A stretch of DNA of 64,000 nt, taken from IMG/VR virus record IMGVR_UViG_3300042691_037387, positions 1 to 64,000 of that record; one strand, 5' to 3'. Made by a program: the position numbers and the translations under genes. Within the stretch, counting starts at the first letter, position 1, and each line of letters opens with the position of its first letter. Origin of the DNA: a virus. The notes under the pieces are model-generated. The model ran no database searches, was not told where the DNA came from, and worked only from the letters and a program-made list of their open reading frames with translations. Below, one piece after another: positions 29,754 through 39,516 of this stretch.

Positions 29754-30390
29754 TATTTTTTTTCTTTTCCTTTATAGCTCTATAGGCTTTTTTCCTATAT
29801 TCTGAATTTCTTTTTTTACTGATTCTATATGCTTCAGAATCGGTAATCTTTCTTTTGTTTTTTTGCACTTCAACAGTTTCGCTACTTCGTATAGCATCTA
29901 ACATTCTATCAAACACTGACTGTTCTGTCAGGCTATCATTGTATCTAAATACGACTAAGGCTATATTATTATTTTTGCACCATTCAGCTTTTTTGGTGTC
30001 ACGCTTTACAGCTTCTTCAAACTCATACTTAGAGTCATAAAATCTACTTGTATAGTAGAAATGCTGCCTACCATGATACTCAGCAGCTATCTTATATTTT
30101 TCACAATATACGTCTAGCTTTAGCTTATCTCCGATATGGTATTCATTTATAATGATCTCACCAGGAAGCAGCTTTTGCATTATGGCTGTTAGGGCTGTTT
30201 GGCCCCTAGACATTTTCTTTCTTCTTTCCTTTATCCAAGAAAGACCAAGTGCATTAATTTTTTTATTAACTTTGTCTAGAGGCCAATTCAGCTCTTTTGC
30301 TATTTGAGATAGAGAAAAGTTTGATTCAAAAAGAAGATCGACTAGTAGCTCAATATCGTCATCGTCTTCTTGATATCTTTCACTTTTCAT
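29722..30390 (-). CDS. HTH + PD-(D/E)XK (Vsr/DUF559-like) endonuclease
   Basis: SLSQIAKELNW HTH; LKLDVYC..KIAAEYHGRQH...RDTKKAEWC..NNIALVVFRY. Confidence 0.75.
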   Translation of the reverse strand: MKSERYQEDDDDIELLVDLLFESNFSLSQIAKELNWPLDKVNKKINALGLSWIKERRKKMSRGQTALTAIMQKLLPGEIIINEYHIGDKLKLDVYCEKYKIAAEYHGRQHFYYTSRFYDSKYEFEEAVKRDTKKAEWCKNNNIALVVFRYNDSLTEQSVFDRMLDAIRSSETVEVQKNKRKITDSEAYRISKKRNSEYRKKAYRAIKEKKKNNDRNTGNRDY

Positions 30391-31021
30391 TTTTAGACAC
30401 TGCGTTGTAGGTTTTGGTAAAATTAATTGTTTTACCAAGATCTATAACAGACATATCTAATCTTTCCCAAATTTTTCCAGCTAACGCCAGACCAAGTGAA
30501 CTACAGTCCATCAAGCAATAGTCAACTCCACCCTCAAACTCTGAAATTTGAGCGAATACATCATCAAGTTTATCGTAATGATTACTGTATGGAACAGTTA
30601 TTACATTAACTTTTGTGTTTAAAGTTTTATAAATTGTTTTTTTATCATGAAAAGATACCACCAAAGTTGGGGTATTCTTAAAGTAAAACGAACAAAAGTA
30701 GTCAAATATATCTTTTTGATTTAAAAAATAATGCTCAAATAAATTTGAACTGTAACTTCTATCTGAATCCTGAATACCAATCTTCGCATGCTTATTATTA
30801 TTTATATCATCCACTAAACCAGAAGAATAGTTTTTCATGATTCTGGGGTGCTCTAGTGATATGCTTTTAAGAACTGCTTTTGCAAAGTGATTTGGAAATG
30901 AACTTTCATTCTTTTTATTTAAAGCTACAATTGAATACTTTGATATATTCATGAAAGAAAATTTTTCTTTAGCGTTCATTAACAAAGTTAAATCAATAAT
31001 TGCTTGCTTTTCATTCTTCAT
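30380..31021 (-). CDS. GT-D fold (DUF1792-like) protein
   Basis: VP.SNHYDKLDDV...YCLMDCSSLGLALA..IW...SVIDLGK resembles the GT-D C-terminus; adjacent to a GT2. Confidence 0.45.
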   Translation of the reverse strand: MKNEKQAIIDLTLLMNAKEKFSFMNISKYSIVALNKKNESSFPNHFAKAVLKSISLEHPRIMKNYSSGLVDDINNNKHAKIGIQDSDRSYSSNLFEHYFLNQKDIFDYFCSFYFKNTPTLVVSFHDKKTIYKTLNTKVNVITVPYSNHYDKLDDVFAQISEFEGGVDYCLMDCSSLGLALAGKIWERLDMSVIDLGKTINFTKTYNAVSKNEK

Positions 31022-31034
31022 TTCATACTCCGAT

Positions 31035-31745
31035 TTATAGGCCGAATTTTCCCCAGTCAATTAGGACTGGAGCTTCATCTACAATAGAATTAATATGGTT
31101 AATATTATGGAATTTTCCACCATCTAGCTGTGAGTATCTCTCAAATTTAGACTTTTTATCTTCATCATGTACATAACCAAGATGCTTCATAATTAAGCCA
31201 GAGTTAATCCAAAAATTATTTTGCTTTAACATATTTAGAACATATGTCGGCTCTGAGCCACATGCTAGCTCTCTATCATGAAACGTTCCGCCATTCAAGA
31301 ATCTAAAAATTCTACTACTGTTAGTGGGAGCCCAAAGTTTATCTACTCGATACTGCATTTGATTCCACATGTGGTAGAAGCGAACATTTACAACATCTTT
31401 TTCTGACCTATTGAGTACTGATTTTATATCCAATGAATCAAGATTATTGATATCATATAGCATTTCATCACAATCTATTGCGATAATCCAATCACCCTCA
31501 TGTGCATGATTTTCAAGATTCAACCATGCGTACTTGCGCAGTCTGCCCTCATGTACATTGAACATTCTTTTTGGCGTTTTATATACATGCGCATAGCTTG
31601 ATGCTACGTCAGCAGTGTTATCGTCTGAACAGTCATCTGTAAAGACAATCTCATCTACCTGCTTTGATAATCTTTCTAAAACATCTTTTAGAAATCTTTC
31701 GGACTCGTTACGTCCAACCATTTGAGCAATAACTTTTTGAGTCAT
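31035..31745 (-). CDS. Glycosyltransferase family 2-like
   Basis: VGRNESERFL, FTDDCSDDNT, WIIAIDCDE, KHLGY. Confidence 0.82.
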   Translation of the reverse strand: MTQKVIAQMVGRNESERFLKDVLERLSKQVDEIVFTDDCSDDNTADVASSYAHVYKTPKRMFNVHEGRLRKYAWLNLENHAHEGDWIIAIDCDEMLYDINNLDSLDIKSVLNRSEKDVVNVRFYHMWNQMQYRVDKLWAPTNSSRIFRFLNGGTFHDRELACGSEPTYVLNMLKQNNFWINSGLIMKHLGYVHDEDKKSKFERYSQLDGGKFHNINHINSIVDEAPVLIDWGKFGL

Positions 31746-31769
31746 AACTTCCAATCTTAAAAATGAGAA

Positions 31770-31791
31770 TAGCGGGGTTTTACCCCCGCTA
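31770..31791 (-). terminator. Intrinsic terminator
   Basis: TAGCGGGG-loop-CCCCGCTA then TTCTCATTTT on the minus strand. Confidence 0.65.
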
Positions 31792-31811
31792 CCTCGGACC
31801 AATAAAAACTA

Positions 31812-32006
31812 TCAATCAACGATCTGTTCGCGAGCCTGCACTGCAGAAATTCGCTCAACATCAACGTCTCTGAACATAAGCTCACCCGAAACACCTGGGA
31901 GGGTGCGGCGATTGCTCTTAGCGAGCTTCTCTGCATCCGCCATCGTGTTTGCCTTCACGATAGAAGTTGTGGTAACCGTGAAGTACTTGAACTTGTTTTC
32001 TGACAT
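31812..32006 (-). CDS. Small hypothetical protein
   Basis: MSENKFKYFTVTTTSIVKA..., AAGGA RBS, own terminator. Confidence 0.6.
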   Translation of the reverse strand: MSENKFKYFTVTTTSIVKANTMADAEKLAKSNRRTLPGVSGELMFRDVDVERISAVQAREQIVD

Positions 32007-32021
32007 TTTTTGTCCTTTCAA

Positions 32022-32426
32022 TTATTTAGTTGGATAATGAATTGCGATATATTCTATCGCATCTTGCAGGGTGTCTGCAAGTTTTGTTGCCATATATTTC
32101 ATGTACACCCTATCCTTATGTTTTGGGTGACAGAACACAACTGCTGGCTGTCCATGGATTTTAGCCCACGACAATTCAAAGTCAGTTCCAATATATGCGC
32201 GATCTTCTATCATATATTCTACAAGAATAAGATCAGATCTCTCCTGCATAAATATATTTTTTCTTGCTACTTCTTCTGGAGACATGTCTCTATCTTCTGG
32301 TATTGAAGTAGGATCATACACTGAATAACCACGCTGTGTCAACATAAACGTGGCTTCTTTTCTCCAACTTATTGCGTACTCTCCAACGTAATCCATAGCG
32401 CCAGAAAGAAAAACTGTTACACTCAT
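32022..32426 (-). CDS. Nucleoside 2-deoxyribosyltransferase-like protein
   Basis: VFLSGAM...WR...VYDP...SDLILV...IGTDFELSWA...P.VVF. Confidence 0.75.
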   Translation of the reverse strand: MSVTVFLSGAMDYVGEYAISWRKEATFMLTQRGYSVYDPTSIPEDRDMSPEEVARKNIFMQERSDLILVEYMIEDRAYIGTDFELSWAKIHGQPAVVFCHPKHKDRVYMKYMATKLADTLQDAIEYIAIHYPTK

Positions 32427-32827
32427 ACAGGCCAATAATACTCTAGATCTGCTGGTTCGTCAAAATATTGAGAATAATATTCGTAATCTTTTCTCAACAA
32501 GTTTGATCTATGTGATCTGTGCAAGTCTTTATTCCCGAACCAACTAGGAAGGGTTATGCGCTTATAGTCTAATTTTTCAAGCTGCATTGTATTTTTATAG
32601 CCTCGCTTTACCCACTCTTCTATCGTGAAGTTCTGATAAAGCTTTAGGGCTTCTTCGTAGCCTGTCCACATACGGGTTACTGGATGATTGCGCCAACCTT
32701 TTGTTGGTGTTCTATCGAGCAAGATATTCAGTACTTGAAATGTCTCTACTCTTTGCTTTCCGAGCCGACGATAGTCCAAAACTCTTACTGATTGCAAAAG
32801 GTCTGGGTACGGCAAAAAAGTTTGCAT
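32423..32827 (-). CDS. MSMEG_6728-family pyrimidine-dimer DNA glycosylase-like protein
   Basis: MQTFLPY...LDYRRLGKQRVE...GWRNHP...MW.GY...SHRSNLLRKD...Y.WP. Confidence 0.85.
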   Translation of the reverse strand: MQTFLPYPDLLQSVRVLDYRRLGKQRVETFQVLNILLDRTPTKGWRNHPVTRMWTGYEEALKLYQNFTIEEWVKRGYKNTMQLEKLDYKRITLPSWFGNKDLHRSHRSNLLRKDYEYYSQYFDEPADLEYYWPV

Positions 32828-32831
32828 TTTA

Positions 32832-33227
32832 TTAGTCTTTCTTAAACTCTGTCCATGTTTTATCGCCAACACCATAATACTCTCTAGCTAAACCTGATGC
32901 AACTATATCCGTATTTAAACATGCACCTTCTGCATTCCACACTCTTGCCAAGACTCTGCCATACTTTTCATTCTTGTCAAGAATAGTTTCTATCTTAACC
33001 TTGTGCCCTGCTTTTGCTAGCCATTGATCAGTGAATTCTTTTGCGGCTAAGCCCTTCTGTTTTTCTTCTAGATTAGTTGTACGACTTTCCGGTGTATTAA
33101 CGCCATAGAGCCTAACTCTTCCCTTACGAAGTGTATCAAATCCAAGATCAATAACTATATCGAATGTATCGCCATCAATTATTTTCTTTACTTCTGCATT
33201 GTAGTAATAAACGTTTTTATCTTCCAT
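32832..33227 (-). CDS. Thermonuclease (SNase family)
   Basis: IIDGDTFD..IDLGF..RVRLYGVNTPE, KYGRVLA, GLAREY. Confidence 0.88.
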   Translation of the reverse strand: MEDKNVYYYNAEVKKIIDGDTFDIVIDLGFDTLRKGRVRLYGVNTPESRTTNLEEKQKGLAAKEFTDQWLAKAGHKVKIETILDKNEKYGRVLARVWNAEGACLNTDIVASGLAREYYGVGDKTWTEFKKD

Positions 33228-33228
33228 T

Positions 33229-34044
33229 TTAATCTCTTTCTATTCCTATATAATCGCAAGCTTTTCTAAATATCTCCCTACTTACTGGGAACTGGGCATC
33301 AGCGTGGCTATACCCTTCTCCTGGCTTTGGAGACGACGCATGCCAGCTATGACCAATAGATATCGATCCATCATAAAATACATTATACCCTAAGTGTCTA
33401 GCAAAGTATGAGCACCAGGTTTCCTCGTAGTAATGAGGTGTGGGTAAAAATGCTCCTGTTGCATTAGGATACATTTCCCTATACTTAGGATGATTTGTTA
33501 AATCGTTCCAAACATCTCTTCTTACAAAGTATGCAGATCCCGATACGGTCACGCACTCGACTCTATCTTTGTAGAGAATATCTGATGGATCATGTTCCTT
33601 CCAACCCCTATGTTTTGGCGATGTATTTGTTCCAACAATTCCTGCATGAGTGATAAACCCATGCTCATCTCTTTGCTTAGGTCCGAATATGTGCATATCT
33701 GGATTTTCGTCAAATAAATTTTGTATTTTTATAATATCTGAAGACGTAAACCATACATCTGCGTTTAGTATTGCTACAATATCAGACTTTGAATTTGCAA
33801 CCATCATGTTGGCAGCTGCTGAGTATCCTATATTTTTTCTTAAAAAAGTTCTCTCTATAAGATATTTTTCTTCATTTTCTCGTAGCCAATCAATGGAATC
33901 ATCTTTGGAATCGTTATCTGTTATGTATAGATTCCATTCTTTTACGAGCGCGCCATTTGGACCATTTAAATCAGAGTGCAAGACGTCCAAAAGTCTTTGC
34001 AATTCTTTTCTTGAATTATAATTCACAACACATAGATCAATCAT
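33229..34044 (-). CDS. Glycosyltransferase family 2
   Basis: VVNYNS, TDNDSKD, NIGYSAAAN, LNADV, VSGSAYF.RR, YYEET. Confidence 0.88.
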   Translation of the reverse strand: MIDLCVVNYNSRKELQRLLDVLHSDLNGPNGALVKEWNLYITDNDSKDDSIDWLRENEEKYLIERTFLRKNIGYSAAANMMVANSKSDIVAILNADVWFTSSDIIKIQNLFDENPDMHIFGPKQRDEHGFITHAGIVGTNTSPKHRGWKEHDPSDILYKDRVECVTVSGSAYFVRRDVWNDLTNHPKYREMYPNATGAFLPTPHYYEETWCSYFARHLGYNVFYDGSISIGHSWHASSPKPGEGYSHADAQFPVSREIFRKACDYIGIERD

Positions 34045-34294
34045 TTTTGTCCTCACAGACTATTAGCTCAAACGCATTTTCAGGAGACAGACCAAACCCA
34101 ATGTAATGATTCATTTCTCTAAATGCCTCATCAACATATGATTCATCAAAAAACTCTATCAACCTATTTCTATATTGATTCATTGTTGTTTGATCTTTAA
34201 ATTGATTTTTAAACTTAAAATAATTGTACATAGATAATGCTGCTATTCCTGCTATTGATCCGACAATAAAAAGATTACCACTCTTCTTCTTCAT
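34037..34294 (-). CDS. Hypothetical membrane-anchored protein
   Basis: N-terminal hydrophobic segment LFIVGSIAGIAALSMY. Confidence 0.55.
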   Translation of the reverse strand: MKKKSGNLFIVGSIAGIAALSMYNYFKFKNQFKDQTTMNQYRNRLIEFFDESYVDEAFREMNHYIGFGLSPENAFELIVCEDKND

Positions 34295-34490
34295 AACCAT
34301 CCTGCTCAGGAATATACGTTTTATTAACCCATTCATATATATCCTCGGCTATCGAAAGCCAAGACGCTGGGTCTTCTGAATCTTGAGCCATATGATTATA
34401 TAGATTGGCTATGTGTTCTAGCACATCTTTATCGGCAACGAAGATTGCTTGTCCAGGTGCTACCTTAACTGTAATTTTTTTCTTACTCAT
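34275..34490 (-). CDS. Hypothetical protein
   Basis: Operon-coupled ORF. Confidence 0.55.
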   Translation of the reverse strand: MSKKKITVKVAPGQAIFVADKDVLEHIANLYNHMAQDSEDPASWLSIAEDIYEWVNKTYIPEQDGYEEEEW

Positions 34491-34494
34491 TTTC

Positions 34495-34698
34495 TTATTC
34501 TTCTTGTTGACTATTATCTAACTTATAGAGACAGATGTTATCTGAATCTGGTTCAAATGTAACAAAAAATATGTTCTTATCATTTTCTGTTAACCCATCT
34601 GGAGGTGGTGATTCTACAGCAATTTTCTGTGAAGAACAACCATACACTTGACTATGATTTTTGTATACAACTAAATAATTTAGTTTTGATGCTGGCAC
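34495..34698 (-). CDS. Hypothetical protein
   Basis: Operon-coupled ORF. Confidence 0.55.
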   Translation of the reverse strand: MPASKLNYLVVYKNHSQVYGCSSQKIAVESPPPDGLTENDKNIFFVTFEPDSDNICLYKLDNSQQEE

Positions 34699-35147
34699 TA
34701 ACTAACCTCTATTGTTTCTACATTTGATTTATTCAAAAACTTTTTAATATAATCCCATTGGATATAATTATTGTCTTTTACATAATAAACATATTTAACT
34801 GTACTGTTTGCTATAAGCTTAGCACAGGAGAAGCATGGCGGTCCATTTACGTATAGTTTTGTTGCCTTAGAGCTGTAGTCACTGTGTAAAAAAGCGTTAG
34901 CTTCTGCGTGGGTTGCTATGCAGTTGTCATAGTTAGTTCCATTTGCGCTGTTCTGCTCAGCTCTTGGGCATCCGCCATCATCACAATGCTTGAAACCACT
35001 TGGTCCACCATTGTATCCAAAGCCAACTATATGATTTGAATCATCAACAAGTACAGCACAGTATTTTCTTTTTTTGCATGTAGAAAATATTAATGCAGAT
35101 GATTTGCACATATCCATGAACTGGATATCTTTTCTTTTTAATTTCAT
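34698..35147 (-). CDS. dCMP deaminase
   Basis: STC..R, GYNG, HAEANA, PCFSCAKLI. Confidence 0.9.
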   Translation of the reverse strand: MKLKRKDIQFMDMCKSSALIFSTCKKRKYCAVLVDDSNHIVGFGYNGGPSGFKHCDDGGCPRAEQNSANGTNYDNCIATHAEANAFLHSDYSSKATKLYVNGPPCFSCAKLIANSTVKYVYYVKDNNYIQWDYIKKFLNKSNVETIEVS

Positions 35148-35150
35148 AAT

Positions 35151-35315
35151 TTAAAGCAGTATTATTACACCAGCAAGAAAACCTGACAGCAAAGAAAGGA
35201 CTACACAGATCTTTTTAACTTTTGCGTCCTCCGAGAATTGGTTCATTAGCTGCAGTGATATAACCCAATTAATTAAGAGGCTAAAAATAACAGCTATAAA
35301 AATATCAAGAATCAC
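35151..35315 (-). CDS. Small 2-TM membrane protein, 54 aa
   Basis: GTG start; ILDIFIAVIFSLLINWVISL...ICVVLSLLSGFLAGVIILL*. Confidence 0.5.
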   Translation of the reverse strand: MILDIFIAVIFSLLINWVISLQLMNQFSEDAKVKKICVVLSLLSGFLAGVIILL

Positions 35316-36030
35316 TTCTGTGCACCAAGCAGTTAATGGTTACTGGGAAACATGGAGAAATCAAATTATGTACAGCTTTTGCATACTCCCTAATTTCGTA
35401 CTGTGAATCATGTTCAAGTCTCTGGTTTAAGAATAAACATATTGATTGCAAAGAGCATGACCATCTATACACAACATACATTCCATATGCTGGAAGCATC
35501 AATCGAGCTTGCTCTGGAGCAACTCCAGATTCTAATGCAAGATTATATATTGCCTCACCCTGCTCAACATATTTGATTAAGTTTTCAGTTAGTATTGAAC
35601 CAGTCCAAGGATCAACTGGACCACCAGAACCCTGCTTTGAGTTTTCTGGAGCCATTCTCCATTCGTCATTTCTAGGAATGTAAAACTCTGGCTCCATAGT
35701 TATGTAGCGTCTAGAAGACTCGTTCCATGAATCCATCGTATGGTCAGATCCAACAACATATTTCCAGTGCTGCCTAGCAACCATAAGCGGAGCTTTAAAT
35801 TCAAACGTTGCGAAAGCATGTCTGAATGGGGACATATGATTTTCTCTTGCAAGAAAATCTATCAGTCTTGCATCAGCTGGTGATATTTCTGAGCTTTCTT
35901 TTGCATATGATGCTCTTGCCGCATTTGCAACAGATAGATCGCTGCCCATGGTATCGACTAGTCTAACATACCCTTTATCTAAAACACTAATAATATTATC
36001 TGGTTCTTTTGACGTGACTTGCTCACTCAT
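35305..36030 (-). CDS. thyX: FAD-dependent thymidylate synthase
   Basis: NAARASY, HMSPF, APLMVARQ, WNESSRRY, APEQARLMLP, SQYEIREYA. Confidence 0.92.
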   Translation of the reverse strand: MSEQVTSKEPDNIISVLDKGYVRLVDTMGSDLSVANAARASYAKESSEISPADARLIDFLARENHMSPFRHAFATFEFKAPLMVARQHWKYVVGSDHTMDSWNESSRRYITMEPEFYIPRNDEWRMAPENSKQGSGGPVDPWTGSILTENLIKYVEQGEAIYNLALESGVAPEQARLMLPAYGMYVVYRWSCSLQSICLFLNQRLEHDSQYEIREYAKAVHNLISPCFPVTINCLVHRSDS

Positions 36031-36358
36031 CTTCTTCCTCATCAATGTTCATATTTTCATCTAATTCTATAAATAATTCTACCATACAGTTGTTTAAGTC
36101 TTCTCCTGATTTATATAAAACATCAAGTATTTCATTTATATCTGGATCGTCTGGCGGTTCATTACTTAGTAGCATAAAAATAATTTGAGAAACATTTGAT
36201 ACGCAGTCACCTAAAACTTCCTGCAGTAAAATAAGCTGCTTTAAATCATAGGTAATAGCTTTATCTGTTTCTTTTTCTATTCCACTAATGTTCGTTGATT
36301 TTATGATTTCAGAAAATAATTCATTTATTTTGTCATTATCCATATTCTCATCAGACAT
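36023..36358 (-). CDS. Acidic hypothetical protein
   Basis: 111-aa ORF between RNR and thyX. Confidence 0.55.
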   Translation of the reverse strand: MSDENMDNDKINELFSEIIKSTNISGIEKETDKAITYDLKQLILLQEVLGDCVSNVSQIIFMLLSNEPPDDPDINEILDVLYKSGEDLNNCMVELFIELDENMNIDEEEDE

Positions 36359-36367
36359 TTAATTACC

Positions 36368-38302
36368 TTACTTTATGGGACATGCTCCAGTTGCACACTC
36401 TAAATCATCAAGAGAAAAATCTCCAGAAAGATCTGTAAATGATATCTCATTCTTAATCTTTGACTTTAGCTTATTGTATTCTTCTTCGCTAATCTCTTCA
36501 TATGGAGCAAGTGCAAATCCATGCTCACTGTGAAGTAAGAAAGAAACAGACTTTACTTTATTTTTGTAATTAGCCTTCATCCAATCCTGAATCTCTGGCA
36601 GCTCTTCTTTTCTGTAATATACGGTAACGCTGACATTATTATCGGCCCACGTAGATTGAGCTTTAACAACCCATTCAAGTTGATTTACAGCTGTCAGTTC
36701 CTTTGCTAAGGTTGCATGACTTGGGGTTTCAGCTGGGAACTCAACGACGCAGATTGTGTGATTTTCTTTACCGTCAATACCAATGTCGTAAACTACTTTA
36801 TAACCCTTGTCTCTACAATACTGTACAAGTGGATCGCTGCTTCCCATTCTTACTCTACGAATGTAATGTTTTGCATAAGCAGGGTGAATACCTGGAGTAA
36901 CTCCAGCCAACAAGCTCAACGTTCCACTAGGCTTTACTGTTGTAAGTTTAATTGAAGGATTAATCCCCAGGTGCTTTGACCACTCTGCATCAAATGCTTT
37001 TAGTGCAGTGTAGCAATCTGCAACCCAGGATAGCTGTTCATCGGTTGATTGCAGCCAACCAGTTATTCCCTGTCCTAATCTACGATTCTTTGATATAACT
37101 TCCATACTCTTTTGGTATGGGTAAGAAAGAGTGGTGATTGCTTTCTGCGTCTTATATAGAAGCTTGCTTAAATCTACTAATTCTTCTTTTGAAGATATAT
37201 TTGGTAGAAAAATCTCTGCAAGGTTGCAAGGTTCACCGTCTTCCAAACCGATTTCGCCACAGGGGTTTGTTCCAATAACTTTTGAGTCATTTACCTTTTC
37301 TCCAAGTCTTCCATATTTGCGTATAAGAGCTCTGTTAATCAAACCGTATGGCTCACCAGAACCATCGTAACCCTTCCAGAATTCTTCAATGATTTCATCA
37401 TATGCATCTGCATAGATTGAGTTATTGGAATTTGCTCTCCAACCAGGAATATCTCCCTTGCCCCAGTTCTTTGCACGAAGGAAAAGGAAATCATCTGGAT
37501 CACCAATTGCTATCTGAGCAGATCTACGAGCAGACCCAGCAACAACGACCTTACCAATGATATTGGCTATATCAAGAGCATCTATAGATCTAATCTTCTT
37601 ACCTGCTCTTGCACTTAGTATTTTACAAATGTCTGCAATTCCTTCAATCAGGACCTCTGGACCAGACGCTGTCCCACCAAATGTCTTTAATGGTGCACCA
37701 AAACCACGAATTAAAATAGTTGAATAACTAAATGATTTTCCAGTATAGAAATAGCTATCTAGAACTTTACCAAGAAGATCTGACCAACCAAATCTTGAAT
37801 CGGGAACTATAAAGTCAGCATCATTTGTTCTCTCATGCTTGATATAAGTAACATCCCTAACCTTTGGAAACTCATGCACAGAGGCTCTCTCAACTGTGTA
37901 CCCTACTCCACCGCCAAGCATAAGGTGGTCCATTAAAAACTTAAAGTCTTCTACTTTTGAAATAGTTGTCATCCAGCAGTTGACGAGTGAAACACCGCTC
38001 ATCTTTTGCACAAGAGGAGTACCTAACTGCCACAGTGCGCGTCCAGCAAAAGTTCCTTTAAGATTAAAGATGTAATCAAATAGTCTTTCCGCTTCTTCTT
38101 TTGAGTAACCAGCACCTATCTCTTGGGCTCCGTTAATGCAACGTGCAATTGTCTCATGCCAATTTTCTTTTCTTCCTAGTGATTCAATATCCCTAGAATA
38201 GGTTCTTTTGTAAACTATCTCACCCATTCCATTAAAACCCCATGGTGGAGTTTTTGTTGCGTAGGATTGTACGAATTCTTCGGAAAGAATATTGGATTGC
38301 AT
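36368..38302 (-). CDS. nrdJ: Class II (adenosylcobalamin-dependent) ribonucleotide reductase, RTPR-type
   Basis: VYKRTYSR, LVNC, GGGVG, VVAGSARRSA, GTNPCGEI..EPCNL, TTVKPSGT, C-terminal CATGACPIK. Confidence 0.92.
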   Translation of the reverse strand: MQSNILSEEFVQSYATKTPPWGFNGMGEIVYKRTYSRDIESLGRKENWHETIARCINGAQEIGAGYSKEEAERLFDYIFNLKGTFAGRALWQLGTPLVQKMSGVSLVNCWMTTISKVEDFKFLMDHLMLGGGVGYTVERASVHEFPKVRDVTYIKHERTNDADFIVPDSRFGWSDLLGKVLDSYFYTGKSFSYSTILIRGFGAPLKTFGGTASGPEVLIEGIADICKILSARAGKKIRSIDALDIANIIGKVVVAGSARRSAQIAIGDPDDFLFLRAKNWGKGDIPGWRANSNNSIYADAYDEIIEEFWKGYDGSGEPYGLINRALIRKYGRLGEKVNDSKVIGTNPCGEIGLEDGEPCNLAEIFLPNISSKEELVDLSKLLYKTQKAITTLSYPYQKSMEVISKNRRLGQGITGWLQSTDEQLSWVADCYTALKAFDAEWSKHLGINPSIKLTTVKPSGTLSLLAGVTPGIHPAYAKHYIRRVRMGSSDPLVQYCRDKGYKVVYDIGIDGKENHTICVVEFPAETPSHATLAKELTAVNQLEWVVKAQSTWADNNVSVTVYYRKEELPEIQDWMKANYKNKVKSVSFLLHSEHGFALAPYEEISEEEYNKLKSKIKNEISFTDLSGDFSLDDLECATGACPIK

Positions 38303-38319
38303 TTTTATCTCCTTGTAAA

Positions 38320-39021
38320 TTATTTAGCTTGTATTTTTTTTACGTAATTCTGATTTACTTTTTGTAATTCTAAATTCTTGATCTTAAGTATTTGCTCTAT
38401 TGTGTAGATCTTGTATATTTCTCTCTCAAAGAAATAACCACTTCTCCAATTAAAAACGTTCTTTATAATATTTTCATGACTAACAAATATGTTACAGACT
38501 ACAGCTCCACCATAAGCCATAACAAGATTGGTAAATTTTACTTTTAATTCTTCAGAATTGCTAGAATCGATATAGCCATTGTCTTTTGCAGTATTATACA
38601 ACCAGTTGAATGCTTGTCTTGTAACAGGCGATATGTCAATTGGATCTATTACCCCTAGCATTATTGCCTTGTTTCTGTTCTCAGCTATCTTGATATCTTC
38701 TCTCAATAGCTCTTGAAACATCTTAAACCAATCTCGTTCTTTAAATTGAAGCCAACCAGAACACCAGTAGAGTAGGTTGTCAGGGGGTTTGGGTATAGTA
38801 CTCTTCTCCGTATAGTTTAGCAGTACTGCACAGCTTATGGATTTTTTCACAAACTCTTTTCGTTCTTCTATATCTTTTCTTTTAGCTCCAGAACTTTCCC
38901 ACAATTTAGCCAGTGAACCTTTCCAGTCATTAGGCCCAAGAAATATGCTAAGGTATTTTTCTGCTACCTCAAAGGGAATTGCTCCCTCGTTAACCACTTT
39001 CTCTAAATCTTGATAAGACAT
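38320..39021 (-). CDS. Hypothetical protein
   Basis: 233-aa ORF with GAGGG RBS. Confidence 0.65.
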   Translation of the reverse strand: MSYQDLEKVVNEGAIPFEVAEKYLSIFLGPNDWKGSLAKLWESSGAKRKDIEERKEFVKKSISCAVLLNYTEKSTIPKPPDNLLYWCSGWLQFKERDWFKMFQELLREDIKIAENRNKAIMLGVIDPIDISPVTRQAFNWLYNTAKDNGYIDSSNSEELKVKFTNLVMAYGGAVVCNIFVSHENIIKNVFNWRSGYFFEREIYKIYTIEQILKIKNLELQKVNQNYVKKIQAK

Positions 39022-39075
39022 TTATAATCCCTCATAAAATCATCTAAACTTATAAAAGGTCGCAATAAAACATTA

Positions 39076-39097
39076 GTCCCGCCCTTTCGGGCGGGAC
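39076..39097 (-). promoter_or_regulatory. GC-rich GAAA-tetraloop hairpin in the 5' leader of the RNR operon
   Basis: GTCCCGCCC-GAAA-GGGCGGGAC, downstream of TGTGATATAAT (39137-39146). Confidence 0.6.
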
Positions 39098-39186
39098 AAC
39101 TATGTTTATAACTACCGCCTGCCATCACTGTTGATTATTATATCACAGCGCTAGCGGACGTAAATGTATCTAGGCTTTATTGCTGA

Positions 39187-39516
39187 TTAAAATTCCCCTA
39201 TCTTATTCAGATACTTTTTTCTAATCATCTTTTCCAACAAAAGATGGAAAGTTAAACCCAACCACGCTCCTATAAATATACTTTTTCCAATTGCCTGTTC
39301 TGTATGACGCCAAAAAGATCTTGTTAATGTTTCAATCTTTTTGGTCCTTATCGCATATACATCATATAAAACTATGATGGCTATGAGACCTGTCCATCCT
39401 ATTAGCCCAGACTTCCTACTATCTTTTTCTAGACTAATAGGATTGAATAGAATATTAGAGAGCTTTTGCTGACGGAACCCCGTACCACTCTTTAACTTTT
39501 TCTCTGCCATAATCAC
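39187..39516 (-). CDS. Small membrane protein (start uncertain)
   Basis: GWTGLIAIIVLYDVYA...ETLTRSFWR...AWLGLTFHLL. Confidence 0.55.
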   Translation of the reverse strand: MIMAEKKLKSGTGFRQQKLSNILFNPISLEKDSRKSGLIGWTGLIAIIVLYDVYAIRTKKIETLTRSFWRHTEQAIGKSIFIGAWLGLTFHLLLEKMIRKKYLNKIGEF

